Source: Eledone cirrhosa (Eukaryota). Taken from it: a stretch of 64,000 bases of DNA. Position numbers and translations under genes: made by a program. The notes under the pieces were generated by a model. That model searched no databases and had not been told where the DNA came from. It saw only the letters and a list, made by a program, of their open reading frames with translations. Each line of letters starts with the position of its first letter. Within the stretch, counting starts at the first letter, position 1. Below are positions 1 to 12,126 of the stretch, one piece after another. The stretch lies in the NCBI GenBank assembly GCA_964016885.1, contig OZ024741.1:332444001-332508000 (forward strand), written 5' to 3'.

Positions 1-1397
1 GTGAGGAGGGTGATATCTGGACACCCTGTGGGATGAAATACAAGACCCAGAAAAGGGTGGAAGAACTCAGCAGAGTCAATTGCCATCCAAATAGTTTGTT
101 TTTTTCACCTGGGAGTGAAAGGCCCCCAGTTGTTGTCACAAGGAGAGGGAAACTTTGGAAGCATCCGATGATGTTGACCAGTTCTCCTTTTCGGGTAGTG
201 TTTTCGATGCTCAGAGAGTGGGATTGTTCAAGTGCAAGGCCTTTACTCACTTTAAAAAACCTTCAAAGCACAGGCATTGCTTGTTCAGGATATGTTACAG
301 GTTTGTGTGGCTGGTCGTTGCCTAAAAGTGCACAAAACTCTATAATTTGACAAGCAATTGTAATACTCTTAGCAGAGTTTGCAGCCATCATATATATGTA
401 TATGTATGTATGTATATGTATGTATATATATATGTATATGTATGTATATATATATATGTTTATATATGTATATGTATATATATGCATATATATATGTTTA
501 TATATGTATATGTATGTTTTTATATGTATATCTATGTATATATATATGTGTAGATTTATATATGTATATTTATATATGTATATATGTATGTTTATATGTA
601 TGTATATATATATATATGTATGTTTATATGTATGTATATATATATATATATATACGTATGTATGAATATATATATATTATATATATGTATGTATGTATAT
701 ATATATATGTATGTATATATATATATATGTATGTATATATATATATATGTATGTATTTATATATATACGTATGTATGAATATATAAATATATTATATATA
801 TATATATATTCACAAAATACTACTCAATAAAAAATAATAGCTGACATTGAATGAAGCATTCCAGTATAAAAGATATCAGAAAATGTGGATATTTGCTGAT
901 ATCACTTACACTAGAATGTTCTATCCAATGTCAAACTTTTATAGATTAGAAATATAATATATTTATCAGAAAATAGACCATAATATAATATAAGGTTTGA
1001 TTTTGAATGGAGAATCTGTTGTAAAAGTTCCAAGTAAATGTGGACATTTGGAAACGTGTCTGTTACAAAAGATGTGGACACACAAATGGGAAGATGGGAA
1101 GAAAATTAGGAAAATTCTCCAGCATTCCAAATAATATGAAATCATATATATATATTTATGGGCATATATATATATGTATGTAGGTATATATATATATGCA
1201 CACACGCATGTGTATATATATATATATTATACAATATATATATATTATATAATATATATATAATATATATATGGTATATATAATATATACATGGTATATA
1301 TGATATATATTATGTATATATAATATATATATAATATGTATATGCTATATATATAATATATATAATATATATATATATATATATAATATATATGTGG

Positions 1398-1445
<48 letters not shown>

Positions 1446-2344
1446 AACACACACATGTATATAAATATTTGTGTATATGTTATCATTTAATGTCCATTTT
1501 TCCTGCTAGCAAGGGTTGGAGGTTGGGCTATTATGTGTGTGTATGTGTATGGTTGACATTAGGCATAAACAACATAGATATATAAATATATATAACTGTG
1601 ATTAATTGTAGATTCAGGAACTATATATATCCTTCCTTTTCTAGCTTGTAGTTTGTAGTGCTGATACGACAGAATGACAGGGGCACAGATAATTCTAGAA
1701 GCATTTCTATGGCTGTGTATAGGCTGTTTAATAATAATAATAATAATAATAATAATGATAATAATGATAAAAATAATGGCATGGATGGACACATATGACG
1801 CCTTCAATTGATTATCTTACATTTCAAGTAATAACAACGCCAAATATATTAACGTGTGTTGAAAAAATATAGATATAGAAAATGACAGCAATTTGTTTGT
1901 TATTTGCAGGAATATTTTGTAAAAAAAAAAATAATATTTGAGATGCTTCATAAAAAATATAGTTTAGCCATGCAAGTGTGGATATTACCATATAAGTGTC
2001 CATAAAACATTCAGCTTATTCAAAACGAAAGAGAATGGTAGATTTTTTGTGTGTTTTTTTATAGTATATCGTTGGATTTATAATCTATTTAGAAAGTCAC
2101 TCTATTTGCCTGATATAGAGAAATAGTGATATTTGTAGAGTTGTTATAAGATTAGATATTGCAAAGACACTCATTAGAAATCATAACGGACAGTAACAGC
2201 AGCAGCAAAGGTGGGGAAAATGCTTTAAAAGCATCATGAGAAAGATCTTGAAATAATGCTAGAATACTTTTCACATCATCATTATATGTCTCTGCTTAAG
2301 GAATTTGGAAAATGATTTAGAGGAGTTATGTTGGCATTATGTCA

Positions 2345-2865
2345 TTTAACTCTTCCATTAACATATTTCTAATGAAAGACTCTGCCTATAATTTTTGAAC
2401 TATTTTGAAAATAATCAAGAGCTTGGCGGGGTTGAGTAAGATAATTCACTTTCTCATTATTAAGTTGGTGTTTGGGGCATAACAAATGTTCTTACATAAA
2501 ATTATGATGGAAGGTTTGTACATAAATATAAACACTTTAACCCTTTTGTTATCATATTTCTAATGAAAGAAACTGCCTATAATTTTCAATCTAGCTTTCT
2601 CATTATTAAGCTAATGCTTGGAAGATAACTTCATGAATATTCTTACATAAAATTATGATTTTTTTTAATGAATATAAACTCTTTAACTCTTTCAATACCA
2701 TATTTTTAATTAATCATACTGCCTGTGATTTTCAAATGATTTTGAAAATAATAAAGAATTTGGAGGGATTTAGTAATGTAACAAACTTTCTCATTACTAA
2801 GCTTATGTTTGGAACATAACTTAACAAAGGTTCTTTTATAATCATGATGGAAAGGTTTTAGATGT
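2345..2865 (+). repeat. Diverged ~150-190-bp tandem units
   Basis: Repeated ttaac(t/c)ctt..catatttctaatgaaaga..ttctcattattaag..ttcttacataaaattatga. Related copies at ~39780, ~40090 and ~42830. Confidence 0.7.
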
Positions 2866-3949
2866 TTATTTATTTATTTTATTCATCAATTTAAACGTCT
2901 GTATAGAGCTAGTAAGCTATGACATACTAGGGGAAGTATCTATTACTTCTTACAGTTGAGAAAAAAAAAAGAAAAAAAAAAGTTATATATACAAAGCAAA
3001 GTGAATATGAAATTACAGTTCTACACCATAGAACAATGGATGGTTTCAGGTGGCTTGGTATCACAAAGGGGTAATGGGTGAGATGTAACAAAATGCATGA
3101 CTATGTAGTATTGTAGTTGTTGAAACACAGAGTGCTTGATGAATCAATAATACATTTGAAGTAGGAGCTAACAGATGGGGGACAGGTGAAGATCACAATG
3201 GGATATTCCAGTGGTTTATTGAAGGGTGTCAATCACAACTACCGCTCAGCATCTCCAAATCAACTTTCAGTCACATGAAAAAGAATGTATTAAAGAACTA
3301 ATGGGTGAGTGAAACTGGATTTGGAAGAGTGGGGAGGGCTTAGAAGGAGACATGGAGGGTGGTTAGATGATGGAAGGGCATGTTGGGATAGAAAAACAGA
3401 AGAGCTTGTGAGGAAGGGAGGGAAATGATAAATTTTTACAGATGTTTTACCTGAATATAATAATTATCAATAATATCATCGTCATCACCACCTCCATCAT
3501 CATCATCATCCCTACCACCACAATCACTGTCATCATCGCCATCATCATTAAAATTGTCATTGTCATCCCCATCACCAGCACTGTCACCATGACCAAAATC
3601 TATGCCAATTCTCTGTAGAAGGAATTGCATCATTTCAAAAATTATTTTGTCTCCACTTGAGTCAATGATTAACAACTTTCCAAATACTGGTGTCATGATA
3701 AACACACCCAGAACACCCTGTAAGGTGGTTGATGATAGGAAGGGCATCTAGCTGTAGAAAACCTTCCAAACACAGGGTTGATTAGCTTTGTCAAAGACAT
3801 GACAACCTCCCTAAAGCTGGTGATCTATATAATAAGTGCATCTAGTACACCCTGTAAGGTGGTTGGTGATAGGAAGGGCACCTAGCTGTTAGAAAGCTGT
3901 CTAGTCTAATGATATCATTATATCGCAGCATAGAAAGTGGGCATATGAT

Positions 3950-4600
3950 GACGGTGATGATGGGGAATACTGGTGATGTGTCAATGAAAATTATGGTGAT
4001 GATGGTGGTGATGTTAGTGGTGGTGGTGGTGATGTTAGTGGTGATGATGACAATGATGGTGGTGGTGGTGGGGGTTATGTTAGTGGTGATGATGACAGTG
4101 ATAAAGTGATGACAATGATGGTGATGTGTCAATGATGGTGATGATGGTAGTGGTGATGGTGATGTTAGTGGTGATGATGGTGATGGTGGTGGCGGTGTTA
4201 GTGGTGATGATGGTGATGATGGTGGTGGTGGTGTTAGTGGTGATGATGGTGGTGGTGGTGATGGTGATGATGGTGGTGGTGGTGTTAGTGGTGATGATGG
4301 TGGTGGTTGTGATGGTGATGATGGTGGTGGTGATGGTGGTGGTGGTGTTAGTGGTGATGATGGTGTTGGTGGTGTTAGTGGCGATGATGGTGGTGGTGAT
4401 GATGGTGGTGGTGGTGGTGGTGGTGGTGGTTTTAGTGGTGATGAAGACACTAATGAAGTGATGATGACAATGAACTGCCAACATTTGTTATGATGACGAC
4501 AAAGTGATGATGATATGTCAATGAAGACGATGGTGATGATGGTGGTGATGTTGATGATGGTGGTGATGTAATGATGATGATGACACTGATGATGATGATG
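3950..4600. repeat. (GGT/GAT)n compound trinucleotide repeat
   Basis: Direct inspection. Confidence 0.95.
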
Positions 4601-5151
4601 TTAAACCAGTGACCACAATAAGCCAGTATCAACAAAAAGAATGACTTTTAGTCATTTTGTTATCAATAACAGAATATAATCTTTGAATTCAAAGACATTT
4701 TTCTTTTTGTTTAGTTTTGTTTGTTTATTTATCTATTTATTTATTGTGTTGCTGTTGTTGTTCTTGTTGTTCTTGTCAAATAAACATCTGAAAGAAGTGA
4801 AAACAAATGTAGCCATAACTTCAGAGTATTCAGTGTTTTGTTGTGTTATATAAAAAGACTTTTCATAGATTGTGACAGGTAGAAGTGAGTGGAAGTGATT
4901 TTGAATGATGTAACAGAATAAGATGGAATGAGAGAGAGAGAAAGATATATATATATATATATAGAGAGAGAATTATATATGGAAAGAGAGAGAGCATTTT
5001 TTTTATATATATATATATATAGGGAGCATGAGCACTATATATATATATGGAGAGAGAGCATTAGAGAGAGCATTAAAGAGAGAAAGAGCATTAAAGAGAG
5101 ACAGAAAGAGCATTATATATGTATAGAGAGAGAGAAAAAGCACATTTATAG

Positions 5152-5188
<37 letters not shown>

Positions 5189-5874
5189 GAGAGAGAGCAC
5201 ATTATATAGAAAATAACAGACAGAAATAGAGAAAGAGAGAGAGAGAGAGGGAGAAAGTATATATATAGTAGTAGAGTGAATGACTGAGTGAGTGAGAGAG
5301 TGAAAATGTAGAAATTTTGGATTTGGAGTGAAAACCAATTTTCCTCTAGGCAGATTTTACTGTACTGGGGAGAATGTAGAACTGCCAAGAGAGGTTGCTT
5401 CAACTAGTGACATTGACTGTTTAGATGAAGAAATAATAGAAGCTGGAGTATAGAACAAATAGGGACATTGTTGTGCCAAATCTGATGGTTAGAAGCAAAG
5501 TCAAGGGTCTTCTTTCATTATTGAAAATGTAGTTATGTGAGTGTCTTGTGAGGATTATATCTCTGTCACTATTGACAGAAGCAGCTGTCAATCTGTTGTA
5601 CATAATGGAACACATCCGTAGCAGCACTAATAATCAATGGAATCGGTCAAAGGTTAGATATCCTGGCCTGAGAAGAAGAAGAAGAAGAAGATGGAGAAGG
5701 AGAATAAGAAGAATAGGGAAGGGGAGGAGGGGAGGGGAGGTGGAGGAGGAGCGATGTATCAGTTCAGTTGTTGCAATGACACAATGCAAGAAGATAGGTC
5801 AGTTATAGGAGTTAATAAAGAAACATGTGCTGGCTGTTGTTGTTGTTGTTGTTGTTGTTAAACAGAACAACACC

Positions 5875-5977
5875 ATGTATGTGTATGGATGTGTGTGTGT
5901 ATGTATGAGTGTCTGTGTGTATGTATGTATATATACATGTATGTATGTGTGCATCTATGTATGAATGCATGTATGGA

Positions 5978-6038
<61 letters not shown>

Positions 6039-6292
6039 ATGTATGTATATATGTGTATATGCATGTATGTATATATCTATATATATATGTATGCAGGTAT
6101 GTATGTGTATGGATATGTGTGTATGTGTGTGTGTATGTATGTATATATGTGTATATGCATGTATGTATATATCTATCTATATATGTATGCAGGTATGTAT
6201 GTGTATGGATATGTGTGTATGTATGTTTGTGTGTGTGTGTGTATATATGTATATATACATGTATGTATGTGTGCATCTATATATGAATGTAT

Positions 6293-6348
<56 letters not shown>

Positions 6349-6845
6349 ATGTAGGTATATATGTATATATGTGTATATGCATGTATGTATATATCTATGT
6401 ATGTATGCAGGTATGTATGTATGTGTATGGATATGAGTGTATGTATGTGTGTGTGTGTGTATGTATGTATATATACATGTATGTATGTATGTATGTGTGC
6501 ATCTATGTATAAATGTATGCATGTGTGTATGTGTGTATGTATATATATATATATATGTATGTGTGTATGTATGTATATACGTATGTATATATGTATGTAT
6601 ATGTGTGTATATGCATGTATGTGTATATCTATGTATGTATGCAGGTATGTATGTATATATATATATATATATATATATGTATGCAGGTATGTATGTAAGG
6701 TAAATATGTGTGTGTGTGTGTGCATGTATGTATATATGTATGTGTGTATATATGTATGTATTTATGGTAAATATGTATGTATGTATGTATATATGTATGT
6801 ATATATGCAGGTATGTATGTATGGTAGATATGTATGTGTGTACGG
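5875..6845. repeat. Compound TA/TG microsatellite (also 390-810, 16838-17250, 33296-33890, 61910-62120, 63000-63380)
   Basis: Direct inspection. Confidence 0.95.
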
Positions 6846-6971
6846 TACTACATAAGTGCGGTGTGGTACACATATGTGCAAGTTACTATAGAAACAAACT
6901 TTGGAAATTGAAATGCATAATATAGGACAAAGATACTGCAGGGAATTATTATTATTATTGTTATTATTATA

Positions 6972-7305
6972 TAATAATAATGCTTTCTTTATTAACCACA
7001 AGGGTTTACATAAAGTAGACATTAAGGACAGTACAGGGCAATACAGGACGGTACAAACGGGCATTTCTGCGTGTAAAAAAAAACAGAGGATGTAATAAAA
7101 GAACAATGAAAAATTCCCCAATAGGGGTGGGGGATACTTCCGAGGGCCATCGTGGAGAAAGCCCATTAAAAAAAGCCACGGTGACCCTGACCACCAGGGC
7201 AAGTGTCCTCTCCCAGTTTTCCACCTTCAATTTACAGGCACATACTCAGAGTAGGCCCATTCACTCGGGCCATTCTTGCCTCTCTCACCCATCTTTCAAC
7301 AAAAA
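6972..7305 (-). mobile_element. Same L1/Tx1 family, 3'UTR copy
   Basis: Reverse complement of 32535-33100 segments. (TAA)n tail. Confidence 0.8.
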
Positions 7306-7319
7306 GCTAATAACAATGA

Positions 7320-7770
7320 CAATAATTGTTTCTACTTTTGGCAGAAGGCGAGCAATTACCCCTAGTACATTACTGGTACTTTATTTTATCGATCCCGTAA
7401 AATAAAGTACCGGTAATAATAATAATAACAATAATTGTTTCTACTTTTGGCACAAGGCCAGCAATTATCAAGTGCATTAAAGTACCAGTAATGCACTGGG
7501 TAATTGCTGGCCTTGTGCCAAAAGTAGAAACAATTATTGTTATTATTATTATTATTATCATTATTATTATTGTCTGCGGTGGATTGGCAGTATCGGTAGA
7601 GGATCGGACGGCATGCTTTGCAGCATAGAGTTACGTCCCTTTATGGTCTGAGTTCAAATTCCGCCAAGGTTAACTTTGCCTTTCATCCCTACAGGGTCGA
7701 TAAAATAAGGTACCAGTAATGCACTGGGATAATTGCTGGCCTTGTGCCAAAAGTAGAAACAATTATTATT
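7320..7770. mobile_element. SINE family 1 cluster: full + copy 7577-7770 and partial/inverted tails 7320-7540
   Basis: Same motifs as 55318-55507. Confidence 0.85.
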
Positions 7771-7844
7771 ATTGTTGTTGTCGTTGTATAAACACATATG
7801 CACATTGATGTACACTTAGAGACACATGCACACATACACATGCA

Positions 7845-10800
7845 TCATCATCATCATCATCATCAACGTTTAACGTCCGTGTTCCACGCTTGCATGGGTT
7901 TGGACGGGGGTAGTCCCACTTGAGGCAAGAGTGATTGTCTTGCTCGCATAGGACTGTCTGGCAGGTTTTCTACAGTTGGATGCCCTTCCTAACACCAACC
8001 ACATTTACAGTGTGGGTCTGGGAGGTTTTTACCGTGTTGCCTACACGGCCACATTACAGCGTGGACTGTGTGTTTTTTTGTCGTGACACCTACACGATCT
8101 CATTTGTTTCGGCCCGGATGGCGCGGCACCAACATAACTTTACATAGGACGGGGTGGTGTGGATGGGGTGGGGGTGGTGGTGGTGGGACGGGGTGTATTT
8201 TGTTAGAGATGCCTACTGGCAAGGCGGGTCTTCTCTGTTACTGAGTACCGCCAAAGGTCTTGGTCCAGTGACATTGTCTTGGAGAGGTGTAAGTGTGTGA
8301 GGTCGGAGTTTATCAGCTCGTCCCAGGTTTTTCTAGGTCTGCCTATTCCGTGGCTACCGTCTATCTTTATTGCCCTGCACTTTGTTATACAGCTATCGAC
8401 TTTCATGCGCATCACGTGTCCATACCAACGTAGCCTTCTCTCGAGTAAACAACATCTGATCCCTCTTATCTCTAATTTTTTCCTTAGTTCGTTTATGCTT
8501 TGCCGTTCACGTATATTACTGTTACACATCCAGCGGAGCATGCAAGCTTCGTTCCTCTCTAGTCTGCGTATATCCTCTGCACACAATGCCCAGGTCTCAC
8601 TGCCATGCAACATTGCTGTTCGTATGCAGGCATCGTACAACCTGCCTTTCATTTTTAGGGAGAACCCTTTAGCAGCTAATAGTGGTATAAGCTCTCTGAA
8701 CTTTTTCCAACCAGTTCTGACTCTAGCTACAGTACTTTCAGAGCACCCTCCCCCACTGCTGATTTTATCGCCCAGGTAACGGAAGCTGTCCACTATTTCT
8801 ATAGAACCCTCTGCGCAATTGAAAGAGCTAGTATTGTGTGGGCACTTGCTGCTACTTATTGCACCAGAACACCGGCCACATGTAAAATCTATGTTCTTAG
8901 TTAGCTTACCTGTGATCCCACTACATCTTTTATGCACCCATACTTTGCATTTAGGACACAAAATGGAGTTTCTACCTACGCCTTTCCTACACACCGAGCA
9001 CGACCATTTCCCAGAAGGGACCGCCGCCTTGTTTTCTTTCCTACAAACTAGAACTTTGGTCTTAGCCAGGTTAATTTTAAGTCCTTTTGACTCTAGGCCG
9101 TGCTTCCATGTTTGGAATTTCTTCTCTAGCTCGGCCATTGATTCCGCTATGAGTGTCAGGTCGTCTGCGTATAGGAGTTCCCATGGGCAGCCTGTCTTGA
9201 ACTCCTCTGTTATAGCCTGAAGGGCAATAATAAATAGTAGGGGGCTGAGAACAGAGCCCTGATGGACGCCAACTTTTACGCTAAACTCTTCACTATATTC
9301 GTTGTTAATTCTAACCTTGCTGACTGTTTCTTTATACATGGCTTGTATAGCCCTCACAAGCCATTCGTCAACGCCTAGTTTTCTAAGAGCCCACCAGATA
9401 ATGGAGCGGGGGACTCTGTCGAAGGCTTTCTCCAAGTCGACAAAAGCTAAGTAGAGGGGTTTACCTTTAGCTAGGTACTTCTCCTGTAGTTGTCGTACTA
9501 TGAAAAGAGCGTCTGTGGTACTTTTGCCTGACACAAACCCGAACTGCATTTCATCTAGGTCAATTCTCTCTCTGATTAGTTGCGCTATTACTTTTTCTGT
9601 GACCTTCATGACCTGGTCGATTAATTTAATGCCTCTATAGTTACTCCTATCTAGGGCGTCTCCTTTACCCTTATAACAGTTAACGATGATGCTGCTATGC
9701 CAGTCCTTCGGAACAACCCCATTCTGTACGACTTGGTTAACTATGCGGGTGACCATGGTGTGTCCCACCGTGCCAGATGCCTTCAGCATCTCAGCAACTA
9801 TTTCCGAAGGCCCAGCCGCCTTACCTGTCTTCATATCCTTGATTGCCTTACTTATTATACTCCCCTCGACTAACACTGCTGGTCCCTCTATTGGGTCGAC
9901 ATGGGGGAGACTGTCTTTCTCCCATTTATTCTCCTCATTTAGTAGCCTTTCATAGTGACACTTCCAAGCTGCCTTCTTATCAGTGTCGGTGATGGCAAGT
10001 ATGCCATCATCGTTAAGTACACACTTCTCCCCGACAATATCACGGTTTTCCTTGACGCATTGCCTAGCAATCCTGAACACCTCACGTTTTTGGTCATCGC
10101 GTTGTAGGACATGCTTGAACTTTCTTTCCTCAGCTTCCCTTCTTGCTAAGTACACTTCTCTCCTAGCTTCCCTCCTGGCCACTTGATAGTCTACTCTACT
10201 TCCCCCATCCCGCCATACTTTCCAAGCCTGCTTTTTGGCCTTAATTGACTCCTCCACCTTACTGTTCCACCACCATGTTACTCTCCTCCTGCCTACAGGC
10301 CTGCTCCAGCCACAGACTTCGTCTGTGGCCAACAGCAGGTTTGCTTTCAGAAATTCCCACTGTCCCTCTATATTGTCCGACTCTAAGTGTTCTTCCTTAC
10401 TGTCGAAAGCATCAAGTAATATGTTTTGAAATTTATTTTTGGCTGTGGGGTCCTTTAGCTTCCATATTTTTCTCCTGAGGATAGTCCTCTTCTGCTGTCG
10501 AGTACGTCTCGACCTGACTATGAGGTCGCTAATTATCAGTCTATGTTGGGAGGTGCATTCTTCATGGGGGAGGGATTTAGTGTTTACAACAGACACTCTG
10601 TCACGTCTTCTGGTAAGGATATAATCTACCTGGCTTGTGTGTTCCCCGGATCTATAGGTGATCAGGTGATTGTCACGTTTTTTGAAGTTAGTGTTACAGA
10701 TAGTTAGGTTATTTGCATCACAGAATTCCAGGATTCTGGAGCCTTCCTCATTTCTAGTACCAAACCCATAGCCTCCATGGATTTCGTCGTAGCCGTCACA

Positions 10801-11313
10801 ATGTTGCCCAACGTGACCATTTAGGTCGCCTGCAATAATTATATAGTCACTGTCAGATATTTGGGAGGTAGTGAGCATCAGTGTCTCATAGAATCTGTCT
10901 TTTATAGTGCCGGGCAGTCCGGATTGGGGTGCATACGCAGATATTACTGTCACCGTAGTTCTATTGAGGACAAGTCGTATTTTAATTATTCTGTCGTTCA
11001 CTCTATTTACGTCTATTATCTTATCCGCCCACTTTTCTGCTACCATGATTCCTACTCCACCCAGCCCATCGTCGTTTCCCACCCAGAAAAGCTTATAACA
11101 TCGTTTTTTACCCTCAATGAATCTAGCAGACCCACCCCTCCACCTGGTCTCTTGAATACAACAAACATCGACCTCCTTACGTTCAAGCATTTCTACAACC
11201 TCGTTAGCGCGCCCCTTTAGGGTGCCTACATTTATGGTACCAACTCTGAAGTTTTGGATCGCGTTTGGAGGGTGGGGGTGGTGTGGGGCGGGGGGAGATG
11301 GGGTTATGTTAGC
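7845..11313 (-). mobile_element. Near full-length RTE LINE (subfamily A) with 3'UTR and (ATG)n tail
   Basis: Contains the ORF above, a 3'UTR at ~7864-8202 shared with other copies, and a (CAT)n tail at 7845-7865 on +. The 5' end abuts (TA)n. Confidence 0.93.
8203..11310 (-). CDS. RTE-type LINE ORF: APE endonuclease + reverse transcriptase + PHD-like C4HC3 finger + RTE C-terminus
   Basis: Uninterrupted frame of ~1035 codons. APE motifs: GTINV, CIQETRW, SAYAPQ, GDLNGHVG, SQVDYIL, SQHRL. RT motifs: NYRGIKL, QFGF, AFVDLEKAFD, GVHQGSVLSPLLF, LLYADD, FRYLG. C-terminus: RRLRWYGHV, GRPRKTW. The first ~33 aa of the track ORF are TA-repeat read-through. Confidence 0.95.
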   Translation of the reverse strand, partial: NITPSPPAPHHPHPPNAIQNFRVGTINVGTLKGRANEVVEMLERKEVDVCCIQETRWRGGSARFIEGKKRCYKLFWVGNDDGLGGVGIMVAEKWADKIIDVNRVNDRIIKIRLVLNRTTVTVISAYAPQSGLPGTIKDRFYETLMLTTSQISDSDYIIIAGDLNGHVGQHCDGYDEIHGGYGFGTRNEEGSRILEFCDANNLTICNTNFKKRDNHLITYRSGEHTSQVDYILTRRRDRVSVVNTKSLPHEECTSQHRLIISDLIVRSRRTRQQKRTILRRKIWKLKDPTAKNKFQNILLDAFDSKEEHLESDNIEGQWEFLKANLLLATDEVCGWSRPVGRRRVTWWWNSKVEESIKAKKQAWKVWRDGGSRVDYQVARREARREVYLARREAEERKFKHVLQRDDQKREVFRIARQCVKENRDIVGEKCVLNDDGILAITDTDKKAAWKCHYERLLNEENKWEKDSLPHVDPIEGPAVLVEGSIISKAIKDMKTGKAAGPSEIVAEMLKASGTVGHTMVTRIVNQVVQNGVVPKDWHSSIIVNCYKGKGDALDRSNYRGIKLIDQVMKVTEKVIAQLIRERIDLDEMQFGFVSGKSTTDALFIVRQLQEKYLAKGKPLYLAFVDLEKAFDRVPRSIIWWALRKLGVDEWLVRAIQAMYKETVSKVRINNEYSEEFSVKVGVHQGSVLSPLLFIIALQAITEEFKTGCPWELLYADDLTLIAESMAELEKKFQTWKHGLESKGLKINLAKTKVLVCRKENKAAVPSGKWSCSVCRKGVGRNSILCPKCKVWVHKRCSGITGKLTKNIDFTCGRCSGAISSSKCPHNTSSFNCAEGSIEIVDSFRYLGDKISSGGGCSESTVARVRTGWKKFRELIPLLAAKGFSLKMKGRLYDACIRTAMLHGSETWALCAEDIRRLERNEACMLRWMCNSNIRERQSINELRKKLEIRGIRCCLLERRLRWYGHVMRMKVDSCITKCRAIKIDGSHGIGRPRKTWDELINSDLTHLHLSKTMSLDQDLWRYSVTEKTRLASRHL

Positions 11314-11353
11314 ATATATATATATATTGTACATGTGTAGAGGAAACAATGTT

Positions 11354-11386
<33 letters not shown>

Positions 11387-11713
11387 GGTAAGAATCGATC
11401 TTCTAACAATTTTACCCTTAGATCTTCTTATGTCATTGCGCCTATATAATCATAGAAACACGCATATGCGGATACATTTGTCTAGACAATTTCTTACTCT
11501 TGAATTATATATATATAATTTTCATTATCATCATTTCATTTTACGTCAGCTTTTCCCTGCTTGCATATATATATGATGATGATAATATATATCAATATAA
11601 ATATATATATATATGTATATAATGTAGGAGGTGAGTAATATTGTAGAACAATAAAACTATGCATATATCAGATAAGTAACACTCGACAGTTGGTAGAACT
11701 GGAGTATATATAA

Positions 11714-11919
11714 AGAAGAAATTAAAAGATGGTTAAAAAAGTTCCATTTATTTTATTATGCGCATTTCGAAAACAACATCATCCTGGGACAAAAATTGTG
11801 TTCTCATCTTACCTTATTTTATCTGATGAGAACACAATTTTTGTCCCAGGATGATGTTGTTTTCGAATTGCGCATAATAAAATTAATGGAACTTTTTTAA
11901 CCATCTTTTAATTTCTTCT
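11714..11919. repeat. Inverted repeat (95-bp arms, 16-nt spacer) of an HHR-bearing pLTR-like element; left arm extends to ~11620
   Basis: 11714-11808 versus 11825-11919, about 2 mismatches. Confidence 0.9.
11817..11882 (+). ncRNA. Type I hammerhead motif (one core substitution)
   Basis: ttttat-CTGATGA-gaacac...gttttc-GAAT-T-GCGC-ATA^-ataaaa. The other arm retains GAAA. Confidence 0.65.
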
Positions 11920-12077
11920 GTATATGTATATATATATATAATAGAAAACCGGGGAAGTTTCGTTTACATATTTTTCATATGTAAACAAAACTTCCTCATT
12001 TTTTCTATTATATACACTCTGCCTGTGCATAGAGTGCTTGATTTGGTGCCACCACCAGTATTTCACTGTACTACCTA

Positions 12078-12126
<49 letters not shown>

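Noticed and set aside
263-6925. Many YI/CV/HT/MV-rich ORFs (also at 16.8, 33.2, 39, 47.7 and 62-63 kb)
   Set aside because: Translations of stop-free microsatellites.
8279-11220. Plus-strand ORFs over the LINE (also 27.7-28.5 and 45.7-47.1 kb)
   Set aside because: Antisense shadows of the RT ORF.
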